Of a stretch of DNA of 64,000 nt, positions 23,870 to 37,335 are shown in pieces. The stretch is from Gekko japonicus (taxonomy: Eukaryota). Position 1 is the stretch's first letter. Each line of letters opens with the position of its first letter. The notes under the pieces are model-generated. The model did not search any database, was not told the DNA's origin, and was given only the letters and a program-made list of their open reading frames with translations. Location of the stretch: assembly GCF_001447785.1 (NCBI RefSeq), contig NW_015173156.1:141857-205856 (forward strand), written 5' to 3'. Made by a program: the position numbers and the translations under genes.

Positions 23870-24690
23870 ACAGGAGGGGTCCAATAACCATTACTGGGGG
23901 CAAGGCAAACAAATCATAAGGAGACAGACAAATCTCCGAGGGCAGGAAGTTCTAAAGTTTTGGTACGCCAACCAAGAAAGTTTGTCAGATCACCACCCAC
24001 CTAACAGAGCCTCCCAAGATGACCGGAATGAATGGATAAATCCATATGTCAGAATTAAGGTATGTTGGTCCCACCATACAGGGCTTTGAAGGTCAATACT
24101 TGCACCTTGAATTAAGACCAGAAGCAAATCGGAATACAGTGTAGATGGAACAAGACAGGATTGATATGGTCCTATGACCCACTCCAGCAACACTCTGGTG
24201 GCAGCATTCTACCAACTGTAGCTTTGAGACAGTCTCCAAGGGCAGCCTCATGTAGCGTGCACTGCAGTAATCTAATCTATATGTTACCAGGGCAAGCACC
24301 ACAGTGGCAATCGAAATTGAAACAATATATTTCCTGCCAAGGAAGGGCCACAGCTGGCTCACCAGCCAAAGCTGATGAAAGGCACCCTTGGCCACCGCAG
24401 GCACCTGGTTATCAAAGAGGAGTTCCAGGTCCAGGAACTCCTGGACCCCCACGCTATGAACCTGTTCCTTTGGGGGGAGTACAGCCCCATCCAAAACAGG
24501 AGATAACCCATTGCCTGAGTTATACCTTCCCCCTGCCGGTAGCACCTCCATTTTGCTAGGTTTAAGTTTCAGCATGTAAAACCTCATTCATTCCAAAACT
24601 TCCTCTGGGCACCTGTTCATGGTTTCTACAGCCTCCCTGCAATCTGCTGGTAGCTGTGTGTCATCTGCATGTTGGTGGCATCCCCTTCTC
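23870..24690 (-). mobile_element. L2-clade LINE fragment
   Basis: LKLKPSKMEVL...IATVVLALVTYRLDYCSARYMRLPL. Confidence 0.8.
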
Positions 24691-24819
24691 CCCACTTGCA
24701 ATGGCTTCTGACATCCAGTGAAGGAGAGTTATTTTATACTGCTCAAATCTCCCTGAGGGGTGAGAGCTCTACAATCCTAGATTTCTTCCCCAGAGTCCTA
24801 AAAAGTGGAACACAGCAAG

Positions 24820-26092
24820 AACAACTTGGTCATGCGGGAAAGCCAGCAATGATTTGTACCCAACAGGTCCTGCCAGACCTACCTCATTTCCTTCTTTGAT
24901 TGAATGATGAGCTTACTGGATTGAGGGAATGCTGTTGATGTTCTTTACCTGGATTTCAGTAAACCTTTTGACAGGGTTCCCCATGATGTTCTGCTAGGTA
25001 AACTAAAGGACTGTGGACTGGATTTTAGAATAGTTAGGTGGATAGGGAACTGGTTGGAGAACCACACTCAAAAAGTAGTTGTCAATGGCATTTCATCTGA
25101 ATGGAGGCAGATGTCCAGTGGGGGTGCCACAGGGCTCAGTTCTGGGCCCAGTACTATTCAATATTTTCATAAATGTTTTGGATGACGGTGTGCAGGGACT
25201 ACTCATTAAATTTGTAGACAACACCAAATTGGGAAGAGTAACGAGCACTCTGGAGAACAGAGATAGAATTCAATGAGATCTGAAAACACTGGGAAAGTGG
25301 GCAGATATGAACAAGATGCAATTTAACAAGGATAAGTGCCAAGTTCTACATTGGGGTAGCAAAAATGAGGAACACACATACTGGGTGGGGATACACTTCT
25401 GAGTTGCAGTATGTGTTAATAAGATCTTGGGGTACGAGTAGACCGAAAGTTAAATATGAGCAGCCAGTGTGATACAGCAACAAAAAAGGCAAATGTGATC
25501 TTGGGGTGTATAAACAGAGGAATAACATTCAAATTTCAAGATGTCATCATAGTTCCACTGTACACTGAATTGGTCAGGCCACACTGGGAGTATTGCATGC
25601 AGTTCTGGAGGCCTCACTTCAAGAAGGATGTGGACAAAATGGAACGGGTGCAGAGCAGAGCAACGAGGATGATCGGAGGCCTGGAGACCAAGCCCTATGA
25701 GGAAAGGCTGAGGGACTTTTAAATGTTCAGTCTGGAGAAGAGGGAGTTGAGGGGGGACATGATTGGTTTCTTTAAGTATTTGAAGGGCTGTCACTTAGAG
25801 GAGGGCAGGGAGCTTTTCCTCTTGGCAGCAGATGATAGGACTCGCAATGATGGGTTTAAATTAAGGGCGGGAAGGTACCGGCTGGATGTTAGGGAAAACG
25901 TTTTTACAGTAAAGTTGTACAATAGTGGAATTAGCTGCCTAGGGAGGTGGTGAGCTCCCTCTCACTGGCAGTCTTTAAGCAGCATCTGGACAAACATTTG
26001 TCAGGGCTGCTCAAGGTTGAGCCTGCATTGAGAAGGGGGTTGGACTAGATGGCTTTTATGGCCCCTTCCATCTCTGTGATTCTATGATTCTA
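24820..26092 (+). mobile_element. CR1 LINE, RT domain to 3' end; frameshifted
   Basis: [62 protein letters not shown]; tail gtgattctatgattcta. Confidence 0.92.
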
Positions 26093-26743
26093 AATATTGG
26101 TTTATTTGTTTACTTAATTTATAATCAGTTATATAAACCAGCTGAGCAAGTTAAGCAAAGAGTAAGTGACTCGTCTAACAATAATAATGTAGATAGGGTT
26201 GCTATTCCACAATCCTCATGTTCACACTCTAAGGGATATCATAGGTACATTTTGGTTTCAAAATCAAAGAATAGCTCTGCAATTCCGTACTATGTGAGCA
26301 GGCAAGCCTTAGGCATATTTCAGATAAAGATATAAAAGTTTGTTATGTGAGAGACCAGATTAAGGTATAAAATTCCTTCTAGCCTTAAAGTACACCCTCC
26401 AGCTCTACTGAAGTGTCTTGGTTAAATATTGCTTCCCAGTTGTCTGTCCCAGTTTTTTACACACATCTGCTCTATACTCTGTCTCACAACTCCCTTCTTG
26501 GCCTGCCACATTATGAACACACGGACAGACCATTGGGCAATCAAGATCAGTATCATCTATTCTGACTGGCTTCCCAGGGACTTAGGAAGAGGTCTTTCAC
26601 ATTTTCTTCTAACTGATTTTTTTAACTGGAGATGCCAGAAACTGAACATGGAACCTTCTGCATGCAAACAGCTGCTCTGCTACAGAGCTACAGCCCTTCC
26701 CTGAGTGATGGATGCTATAGAAGAGCAGAGTTAAGTCATGGCT

Positions 26744-27028
26744 AGAAGAAGAAGAGAAGAGATTGGATTTATACCCCGCCCTTCACTACCCAAAGGTGTC
26801 TCAGAGCGGCTTACAAACTCCTTTCCCCTCCCCTCCCCACAACAGACACCCTGTGAGGTAGGTGGGGCTGAGAGAGCTTTTGACAGAAACTGCTCTTTTT
26901 CAAGAACAGCTGTGACAGAGTTATGGCTTGCCCAAGGTCATCCAGCCAGGTGCATGTGGAGGAGTGGGGAATCAAACCGAGTTCTCCCAGATTAGAGTCC
27001 GTGCACTTAACCACTACACCAAACTGGC
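26744..27028 (-). mobile_element. Squam3-like tRNA SINE, full length
   Basis: Minus strand gccagtttggtgtagtggttaag...gactctaatctgggagaactcggtttgattcccc...ctacctcacagggtgtctgttgtgggg...(TCT)n tail. Confidence 0.85.
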
Positions 27029-28624
27029 CTTGCTAAAGAACATAAAAAAGCCCTGCTAGATCAGAGCAGTGATCTATGTAATCTAGCATCCTGTGGCCAA
27101 ACCATTTACCTCGGAAGACAAACAAACAGAGCATAGAAGGCAAGGCCTTGCCCTAATACTTCCTCGGAGCACCGCCATTCTGAGGTTTGTTGCCTCTGTA
27201 TAAGGTGATCAGGTTGAGCAGAATGAGATGGCTGGAGGAGGGGGGCTGAAAGGGAGGAATGATGATCTCACAGTCAATTCATCATTTCACTGCTGCCAAA
27301 AGGGATGTATTAACCAGCTCAGACTTACAGAACACCCTTTCTTCAGCAAATCATCTGCCAAGGAAAACCACGATGTTTGTTGCAAAGCATTTTGGGAAAC
27401 ATTCTAGATAGAATGTACACTTGCCTCAAACAGGAAATGATTTTTTAAAAAGATTGTTGATGGTAAAACTTATTTAATATCATTTAAAGAAGAGAGGGAA
27501 ATTAGGAACTCAGTTACAGAAAACTGGAATGTGTTCTGAACCATATGAAATAGATTTGTGCAAAATAAAACCTGTGAGGTATTGCTGTACTGATTTTCGT
27601 GAGAGAATGTTTTATTAAAACAGTATTCATTTTGATTTTTGCATGCATACCCCCTTTTCTATAGGTATTGAAACTGTAACATCAACTCTCCCTAAAATAT
27701 ATTTAAAATTCATTACAGGTGGTGGAACAGGAGTCCTAAAGGAATCCTATTCCATTGATAACAGTCTATAGCAAAGCCATTAGGGAATTGTTTTGAGACA
27801 GTATGATACAGCACTGGGAATATGAATGAGGAGATAATACCACTTATTTGTAAAAAGTGTTTCCTCGCCCCCATGTTAACTGATGTACTAGCCTAGTAGC
27901 AGAGCCTAGCCTGAACTCATCATTGTTATTAGGAATTGGACTTTCTGAATGTGTGTAGCAAGGAGCCCAATAAGGAATTAACTTGCTCCTGAATTATTTC
28001 TTATCTAGGAAAAAGGCCAGTTGTGGAAATAAATACAACGAGATCTAGAAAGAGGCTCTGGGCGGGTGCCCCAGCCTTGGGCACTCAGTGTCAATTTCCT
28101 GTGGCGACCTCAGCAGGGTATAATCACACTGAGTCCACCATTTTCTCCAGAGGAACTGATCTCTGCTACCTAAAGAGCAGTTGTAATTTTGAGTGATCTT
28201 CAGCCCTCACCTGGAGATTGGCAACGATGGTTCCCCAGAAGGGAATGGTTGGTTTGGAGGGTGGAGTCTATGGCTTTGTACCTGTCTGAGGTCCCATGCC
28301 TCCTGTAACCTCACCAACTCCAGGCTCCATCCCTCACATCTCCAGGAATTTCCCACCTGGAGTTGGCCACCCTATCTCCTTCCCAGCCAATCATCAACCT
28401 ACCTTTATTTCCCCCTCACTCTTCAGCTTTCCACCTCCCACACACCTGCAGCCTCTCCTGTGCTCTGAAGCCCTGACTGCTACATCACATGGGCCACCTC
28501 AGCAGCATATAAGGATACAGAGCCCACCATTTTCTCCAGGGGAACTGATCTCTGCCATCTGGAAAGCAGTTGTAATTCTGAGTGATCTCCAGCCCTCACC
28601 TGGAGATTGGACACATTTTACCTC

Positions 28625-28930
28625 AGAACAGCAAACTGTTTAGAATGTTAGAGGCAAAAGCCAATCAAGTCACATATGCAAACGACCTCTGTGTTCCTAG
28701 GCAAAGGCCAATGAGGCTGCATATGCAAATAACCTCTGTGTTCTGACTGGCTATGTGGGGGAGAAGAACAGCAAACTGTTTAGAATGTTGGAGGTGAGAC
28801 TCAAGCAATGCAGCCAGTGGATAGGGTCAGATTCTGAGTGACACACCAGGGTGCCAACCAATTCCAGAGCGTGTGGAATGTTCTAGAGAAGTGCCACCAC
28901 CATTCGGCTTTCATATATAAGGGAGATGGG
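28625..28930 (+). promoter_or_regulatory. LTR-U3-like enhancer/promoter cassette (CCAAT+octamer tandem, HSE-like motif, TATA)
   Basis: 25-bp direct repeat at 28625 and 28765; 47-bp tandem carrying CCAAT and ATGCAAA(C/T); gaatgttctagag; tatataag at ~28914. Confidence 0.45.
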
Positions 28931-29652
28931 TTTCTGCTAACACTTCAAAGTGAAGAAAAGCTGTATTATGCAATGCATGGGTTAACATTCATCAGCCTAT
29001 AGCTTTAGCAAATAACTGACTGTAGTATGACAAATGTGCCAATGTATTGTAACTCTTAGCTGATGTCACACATATCCAGAGTCTTGGGAAATTTCTTACG
29101 AGGTGGGTTACTGTATTCAATTATTTTCAGATTTAAATCTTTATTTGCATAATGATGCACTTATAAATTATAGCTGGTACATAATTTTCATTTATAGATT
29201 TTTATATCATTGAAGATTTTATTGTACATGTGCAGTTACCATGAGAAGTTACCCATGGCCTATTCCATAAACTTTCAGCAACCACAAAGCATATGAGGTA
29301 GAAATATTTTTTATCTCTTGAAGAATTGCTCAAAAAACTTTTTTAAACAGTTATTTACTACTTATATTTATTATAATCATTTAGCTCTCTTTTCTTTTTA
29401 GTACATTTTCAGAAAGCAACACCTGGCTTCCATTTATATATCTATCTTTGCTTCTGGATGTGTGGGTTTTTTTTAAAATCACAGTATTATTGACCACTGA
29501 GGAAGGCTCTAGAGACCACTTCAGGTTTCACCCCTCCCCAATGTGTTTTGCTCTCTCTAATAGTCCCAGAGGGAGCAAAACATATGTGGAAAAGGGAGAG
29601 GGACCCAAAACAATAGGGACAAACGAGTGACAAGAATGACAGTGCAGAAGTG

Positions 29653-29667
29653 GTCTCTCTCTCTCCT

Positions 29668-29706
<39 letters not shown>

Positions 29707-29840
29707 TTCTCTCCTTTCTGTCTTTCTGTCTCTCTATCTGTCTCTGTGTCTTTTTGTATCTCTCTCTTTCTGTCTCTCCTTCTGTTATTCTGTCTCTTCA
29801 TCTATCTTTTTCTCTCTCTTTCTGTCTCTCTCTCTCTTTC
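29653..29840. repeat. Compound (CT)n/(CTGT)n low-complexity tract
   Basis: Seen directly. Confidence 0.95.
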
Positions 29841-31500
29841 TTAGCCTATCAAGGTCAGTATTGCCAGTGGTCTGCAAAGATGTTTAGGATGGAGAATTGG
29901 ATAGCAATTAAGCACCCATCCTCCAACCAGTCTTTTTCTTCCTTACATCTGTATTCTCTATCCTTGCATTTGTGTTGCCTTAGCAAAAGTGGGTTTGGAA
30001 ACACACATTTGCCAAGGTAATGCAAGTTCCACCTTTAGCACTATGGCTTTTCAGGTGACTTTCATTGCTACCACCTCTTAATTCTCTAGCGTTAGATAAA
30101 TAAGCAAGAGTCTTGTAGCACCTTAAAGGTAATAATATTTTCTTTCAGCATAAGGTCTGGTGAACTAGAGCTCACTTCTTCCTCATTTTTAATTCCTCTC
30201 TTGCCTCATTAAAAAAATATAGGCCTGCTCACAACTTTAAGGCCAGTAGATCTTTATGTTCATGAGCTAGAATTTCTGCTCCCAAGATGACACAGCTTAG
30301 AAGGAACATTGGATACAACAGAATTTGTTTGTGACATCTTAATTCTGCTCTTGAGTCTACTATTTGCCCAATACTGCAACTCTGAGTAGCAGCTGCTGGT
30401 TTTCAGACAGAGGTCTTTCCCAACTATGCTAAGGTTTGAACCTCTGACTTTCTTCATGTAAGGCCTCCTTCGTACTTCCTTGGCTGCTGGCTGCTGTTAA
30501 AGTATTTGCTCAGGTCAGGCTGAGCAGCAGCCCACATATCTATTAATGCCAATAAGCCCCATTTCAGGCCACTTGTGTCCTTTTGAAGGTGAAGCCTGGG
30601 AGGGTGCGGTTCAAGGAGGGACCACGACACTGTATAATGCCATAAGCAGCCATTTTCTCTAGGGGAACTGCTCTCTGTAGACTGGAGATCAGTTGTAATA
30701 CCAGGGGATCCCCAGGTCCCACCTGGAGGTTGGCATCCCTAGTGGACTCTAAGGCATTACTGCCAGCTGTTCTAATTCATACATTAGACAAATGGGGGGG
30801 AAAGGGACTTGGATACCATGATAATTGTCATAGCAGATCCAAGCCATATAGTAAAAAAATACATTTATACTGCAATAACCTTTCAACATGTAATTAACTC
30901 TAATTATATATGAAACAGAGGAGTTACATCAGTTCATGGAAAAAATGAATATAATGAATATTAACACACAACAAACCCACCTCTTGAACTTTTAAAAAAG
31001 CAGATTCTAAAATGGGGGGGGAGTAATAACTCCAAATTAACATCTCAGCATCTACCCGGTTGCTCTGGACAAATAAAGACGCCCCAATTCTTCAGAGATG
31101 ACTCATTCACATGAAACTCTTTCTGCCCTGCCGAAACTGCAAGTGTCCCACAGTAATCAGAAATCCTCCAGTAAAAACTCTCACACATGGTCACAGTTTC
31201 CTGTCCTCTGGGGGGGGGGGGTAAAGCATTCAACCTTCAACTGTCAGTGCCAACTGTCACCTCCATTTGAACATTCTAACCTCTCAGACTCCCTTCAAAG
31301 AGAACCAGATGCAAAATAGCAGGCTGGCAGCTAACACAGCCTGGCACCTTAGGTGCCTTAAACTAATCCATCCCTGTCAGGAATGGGAAAGAAATTGTGA
31401 CACAGTCCAGCTGTCCAACTGAATGCCATGTCAGATTGGACCCTTGATGGGAATCCATTATGCATGTTGGCTCTGATCCAGCTGAAGCTGGGTGTTACAG

Positions 31501-31590
31501 ACAGGGCAATCCTAAACAGTGTTACACTCTTCTAAATTCATTTAAGATGACGGGCTTAGGAAGGTATAAGTCTGCTCAGGATTGCACTGT
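31501..31590. mobile_element. ~90-bp palindromic MITE (copies at ~22660, 36767, 48545, 49500, 50380, 57700)
   Basis: acagggcaatcctaaacag...ctgctcaggattgcactgt fold-back. Confidence 0.65.
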
Positions 31591-32550
31591 TGAGTCAACG
31601 ATTGAGTTGCAACTTCAGTCCCATGGCTTTCAGTGAGCCTGAGCCTTTCTGATTTTAGCTGGAGCCCTGGCAATGTTAATGGAGATTCAGTGAGAGGAGG
31701 ATTCAATTGAACTGGAGCCAGGGCTATTTTTATATGCTGGGAGGAGGGCTTTGAAAGAGAGTGTTAGGTGGTTTTTTGCCATGAAAAGCACCACACAGGT
31801 GGAGAGGGAAGTAGTAAAAACTATGCACACACACATACACACAAAGCCACCCCCCATATTGTTGAATGAGTGTACCCAGCCTTACATCATGGTTTCAGAG
31901 AACATTCTCCTAATGATTCGATAAGTTTCAATGCTCAACTGATTTGATACCAGGGGTCAATAACAGGCACCATTACTCACTCTCAATGTCAAATGCTTCT
32001 CCCGCTGCAAACAAGAAGCTTGACGGGATCGGAAATATCATTTAGAAAATTCAGTATCAAATGAAATATGTATTTTCCCCCTTCTGGCATATTGATTTCT
32101 TTACTGAATGCAATGAATATCCAATGTGAATCGTTGCTCGTGAAATAGTAATGCAGATTGGTGGCACAGGGACTACTTTGGAACTTTTATTTTCTCCTTT
32201 CAGCCTCCTTCACTTTCTCTTGCTTTTAAAAAAACATACAGAACAAAGTATCTGTATCGGCTCATTTTATGATGTAGATTAACCGTACCTCGAGCAAAAT
32301 CTTTATATTGAGCTTCAAGCATATTAACATATACATTTTATCAGATGCATTTAAAACAATTTATTTCACTCTGGAAAAGAGAGTTTTCAGAGCCTTCTAA
32401 AACTGCAGGTTTCCTTACGGGTAAAACTTGGGAGGAATACTAGTAATATGGATTTCAGTATAAGGGTCTGGAAGAGGAGAAGATGGCAGAGGTGTTAGCT
32501 ATACAGCAGTGTGAGCTATAGTAAGATAACTCAGTTTCCAGGAACCTAAA

Positions 32551-33018
32551 GGCTGTGGTCACATGTGCCAGTTGAAGCGGAGGGGAAGTGAGGCTATTTC
32601 CTCCAGAGGAATTTGACACGCAGTTACAAGATCACACATCCCTTTGTAGCTGCAGGCTCAGCCCGTCATCAGACACAACTGCAGGTGAGTCCGGGGGTTT
32701 TTGGGGGGGGGCATTTGTTTCCCATGCACATAAATGAGGATTTGCACCTCCACACTGATGCGCATACTGCAAAGAGGGGAGAGAAATGGCACTGAGCCGG
32801 GATGGAATGATCAGACCATCCTGATGGCACGAGAGCATGCTTGCACAATCAGACAGGGGAAAGTCCATCCATGGCCTGTCAGAACCCACTAGAGCTGTAC
32901 TTTCCTCAGTTTCTTTTAACTCTGCTTCTGCAGTGGAGCAGCACGGGTTGCCGACAACTGCGGGACACTTCAGGCATTCGCACCTATGTCAGATCTAAAG
33001 GCTCGTGTGATCGCAGCC
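32551..33018 (+). mobile_element. PIF/Harbinger-like MITE, 468 bp
   Basis: TIRs ggctgtggtcacatgtgc / gctcgtgtgatcgcagcc; AAA flanks; same family as 39136-40613. Confidence 0.85.
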
Positions 33019-33169
33019 AAAGAGTTGCTTTCTACAGAGCAGAGAAGGAGTGGCTGTGAGCACAGCAGGGCCCACTCCTAATCCAAACTGGCTCTTGCCT
33101 GACATTTGGTATAGTATGTATCTTTGCAAAGGAAAAAAAGTAAGTTAAATATTGTTTCACACATCATTC

Positions 33170-33447
33170 TATTCTGACTTCCAGAAAGCTTTTGATAAAG
33201 TTCCTCATCAAAGGCTCCTAAGTAAGCTCAAAAATCATGGGATAAAAGGACAAGTCCTTTTTTGGATCAAAAACTGGCTAATTAATAGAAAACAGAGAGT
33301 GAGTATAAATGGGCAGTTCTCTCAGTGGAGGGGGGTAAGCAGTGGGGTACCGCAGGGATCAGTACTTGGTCCACTGCTTTTTAACTTGTTCATTAATGAT
33401 TTGGAGATGGGAGTAAGCAGTGAAGTGGCTAAATTTGCAGATGATAC
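33170..33447 (+). mobile_element. CR1 RT internal fragment
   Basis: [18 protein letters not shown]...[21 protein letters not shown]...KFADDT with no stops. Confidence 0.9.
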
Positions 33448-33728
33448 GTTCTGACCTAGCTCAGTCCTGAATGCTTACTTTGCTGCAATCCGCTTCCAGC
33501 ATGTCTACACTGCAATTTTAAGTAGTCAATTGGGCTTAGATCCAGTACCTTCCTTTTGTTTGTGAACCACTATCATTCATTGCAGAGTATGTACCCCCCA
33601 CACCCCAGAACTAGGTGGCATTGGTCTTGCATGAAAGAAAGCAGCTACTGTAGGGGGATGCTCTCTACAGCAGAGGACAGCATTTCACAAGGAAAGCATT
33701 GGTTTATCATGGGGATTTATATGCTGCC

Positions 33729-33922
33729 TAGGTTTGCCATCCTCTAGATTGGGCCTGGAGATCTCCTGCTATTACAGCTGTTCTCCAGACAATAGAGATC
33801 ACTCCTGGAGAAAACAGCTGCTTTGGCAGATGGACTCTGCGGCATTGTACCCTGGTGATGTCCCTCCCCTCCCCAAACCCTGCCCTCTACATGCATTTCC
33901 CAACCCAGAGTTAGCAGCCCTA
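33729..33922. mobile_element. hAT (Blackjack-like) MITE with 8-bp TSD
   Basis: taggtttgcca / tagcagcccta; TSD ATGCTGCC/ATGCTACC. Confidence 0.8.
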
Positions 33923-34099
33923 ATGCTACCTCTCCAGAGTCCTGCTCAAGACAGCGTACAGGTAATCATCCTCATCATCATCACATCAGGAATTATCAGT
34001 ATAAAAGCAAGCTAATCAAAACAGGCCAGGGGCCTGAAAACAACATAAAACAACCTCTGAGCACTCTAAGATATTGATAAAACAGAGCTCAGGCCCAAA

Positions 34100-34451
34100 A
34101 AGGTAAAGGTAAAGGTTTCCTTGCTCGAAAGCCAGTCAAATCCGACTCTAGGGTTGCGGTGCTCATCGCCGTTTCAAAGCCGAAGAGCCAGCACTGTCTG
34201 AAGATGTTTCCATGGTCATGTGGCCGGCATGACTAAACACCAAGGTGCACAGAACGCTGTTATCTTCCCACCGAAGTGGTACCTATTTATCTACTTGCAA
34301 TTTCTTGCTTTCGAACTGCTAGGTTGGCAGGAGCTGGAACTAGAGACGGGAGCTCACTCCGTCTTGCAGCACCTGGGTCTCGAACTGCTGAACTACTGAC
34401 CTTCCACAGCCTGCAGTTCAGCGTCTTAACCACTTGAGCCACCGCAGCTCC
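34100..34451 (-). mobile_element. Sauria SINE, full length, 13-bp TSD
   Basis: (ACCTTT)n tail on the minus strand; tRNA head; TSD GCTCAGGCCCAAA at 34087-34099 and 34452-34464. Confidence 0.92.
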
Positions 34452-35456
34452 GCTCAGGCCCAAAGCAGACCATAAAACAGCTAATAGGATTTAAACAAAA
34501 ACAAAAACCCCACCTCTTACTTATAGAAAGAACCCCACCTCTTACTTATAGAAAGAACCATCTAAAAGACAGTATGGTGAAGGGCATCCCAAAGACAAAG
34601 TGCCACCACTGAAAATGCCCTGTCTTTGGTTACTACCTGCCACTTCTCAGAAAGCTGAGAGAGCAAGGCTTGGAAAGCAGATCTTAACTAGCTGGCTGGT
34701 CAGTACCAGAGGAGATGGTATAGGATCTAAGCCATTATAATTTCTGCCACTCAGAAAGGCCTGGAAATTGTGATTCTGTGAGTAGGGCTAACAACCTCCA
34801 ACACAGAACTTTCAGTACCTCATGTAAATAAAGTGTCCAGGATTCACTGAGGAAAAGCTATTATATAAATTGTTAACAGCAGTGTTGTAATAATTGGTAA
34901 TTCAGCAGTTTCCCTTTCCATTCTGTTCCTGAAGTTCCTTTGTAGTAAAACAGCTACCTTGAGGTCACCCATTGAATGTCCTGGAATTACAAGTTATTAC
35001 AACACTTGGAACAGAAACCTCCCCAAGACTCAACAGGGATATTGGTTTCTTATCTCATTACATATGTTAATTCATTCAGTCTTCTCATATGTATTCTTAT
35101 ACAGAGGGACTAGACATCCTCTGTATTTTAGTGTACTTCTTTTTCAGAATAGTATATTAGAATACTGGATGTGGTACAAGGAATATTGGAATGTTTGGCT
35201 GACATACACTACACCCACCTCAAAAAAAGGGGGGGGATGCTGTTAAGTGACCTCCAGGCCTGAGAGGAGTGAATGGAGAGTCTCAGTCTTATTTTGACAT
35301 ATTTATTGCTTTACAACTGTTGACCTTATAACCTTAGCTTGCTAGTTAGTTTTTTTCTTGCATATCTTAAAACATCTTCATCATGTTACATATTTATTTG
35401 CTGTTTAGCCCCTGTCTATACTCTAAGATATTGATAAAACAGAGCTCAGGCCCAAA

Positions 35457-35810
35457 AAGGTAAAGGTAAAGGTTCCCTTGCTCGAAAGCCAGTCGAATCC
35501 GACTCTAGGGTTCCGGTGCTCATCTCCGTTTCAAAACCGAAGAGCCAGCGCTGTCCGAAGACGTTTCCGTGGTCATGTGGCCAGCATGACTAAACACCAA
35601 GGCGCACGGAACGCTGTTACCTTCCCACCGAAGTGGTACCTATTTATCTACTTGCAATTTCTTGCTTTCGAACTGCTAGGTTGGCAGGAGCTGGAACTAG
35701 AGATGGGAGCTCACTCCATCTTGCAGCACACTCGGGTCTCGAACTGCTGAACTACTGACCTTCCACAGCCTGCAGTTCAGCGTCTTAACCACTTGAGCCA
35801 CCGCAGCTCT
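35457..35810 (-). mobile_element. Sauria SINE, full length, duplicated copy with the same TSD
   Basis: TSD GCTCAGGCCCAAA at 35444-35456 and 35811-35823. Confidence 0.92.
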
Positions 35811-36975
35811 GCTCAGGCCCAAAGCAGACCATAAAACAGCTAATAGGATTTAAAAAAACCAACAACCACCTCTTACTTAAAAGCCTGGATAGAAAGAACC
35901 ATTTTGGCCTGGGCTCTAAAAGACAGTATGGTATTCATCAGGTGAAGGGCATCCCAAAAACAAAGTGCCACCACTGAAAATGCCAGGGGCACAATGGGAA
36001 CTGAATTTCCAGGATGCCAGGCTCCAGGCTGGGCTGAAAGATCTCCTGGACAAAAGAGATCAGTTCCCCTGGAGAAAATGACTGCTTTGGAGGGTAGACT
36101 CTATGGCATTATTCCCCGCTGAGGTCTCTTCCCTCACCAAACCCTGGCTTCCCAGGCTTCCCCTCCAAATCTCCAGGAATCCCCCAATTCAGAACCGGCA
36201 ACCCTATAACCCGAACCTAGGTTCTTCTGTCAGCCTGAGAAATTGGGTAGTTCGCCCACTTAGTTTTGATCTCATGTAGGGAACAGCCAGCACAATGACT
36301 CTTGGTCCAGGCAGATGCCTTTAATCAGGGCTTGAACTACTGCTAGAAGCCTCCCTCTCTAGAAGTTCAGAATTGCTCGCTTTAACAACCCCTTCGCTTG
36401 ACTTGAAACCGTTCCAAGGTTTGTTTTGTTCTGCAGCAAAACAGCACTCGCTATGTTTTGTAGTTTAACGGTTTAAGGTGAGATAACTTGGATTCCAAGA
36501 GACACTGTTTCCTGGCCTGGTCTCTTAAAGATTGGTGAGTTCCTTCCTTCACTTCCCACTGCACACTTTCATGTATGTTTGTGTGTGTGTGGAGGGCTCT
36601 CTTTCTCATTCTGTTGTTTCCCATGCTGAAGGAAGAGAAATGAAGGAGCAGTAAATTCCACTATTATTATCAAGATTATCAAGAACATTTAATATGAATG
36701 AGTTGACCAACAACTTATTTTTCAGATTACTTATCACAGTTAAAAATGACACCACTCCTTAACAGGAACAATCCTAGGCAGATCTTCTCAGAAGTAAGTC
36801 CCGTGTTCTTCAAGGCTCTTACAAGTGTCCTTAGGATACCAGCCCAAGCCATATCATGATAACAGAAACATTTTTAGTTTGTGATCCACCATTACCCCAC
36901 CATCTACATCAGGAGTACAATTAGTCATCTCGTGTCTTGCAGCTGTATTTGGTCATTATTTCATTACACAACAAT

Positions 36976-37335
36976 GGCCCCGGTCACATGGGCCGGATAA
37001 CGTGGGGGGGAGTCGTGGCTATTTGTGCCATCACAGTTTGATCCGCGATTAAGCAATCAGTTATGACGGCGGTGCAGTGGGGTTTCGGCGCCTGCTGCAA
37101 AGACGACGGCCAGAGGGAAGAGCTGCGTGCCGGTGCGATCATACCAACTACGTCCGTCAGCAGCCTGTGACAAACCAGTTGCTAGTACTTGTTAGCAGGT
37201 ACTTTTTAACTGCGGGTTTTCAGTGGGAAGCCACGGGTGCGCTACACTTGCCAGATGTGGCAATGTGATCGCGCACGGATAATCCGCCCGGCATCCATGG
37301 CTCTCCTGCAGCAAATTCGCCATGTGAACAGGGCC
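36976..37335. mobile_element. PIF/Harbinger-like MITE, CpG-rich
   Basis: TIRs ggccccggtcacatgg / ccatgtgaacagggcc; TSD AAT. Confidence 0.85.

Larger units (their letters stand above)
34063..35984 (+). repeat. Local direct duplication, 34063-34619 vs 35420-35984
   Basis: Both copies start actctaagatattgataaaacagagctcaggccc and end gtgccaccactgaaaatgcc. Confidence 0.92.

Noticed and set aside
29487-30020. Arg/Glu-rich and Ser/Leu-rich ORFs
   Set aside because: Translations of the CT microsatellite.
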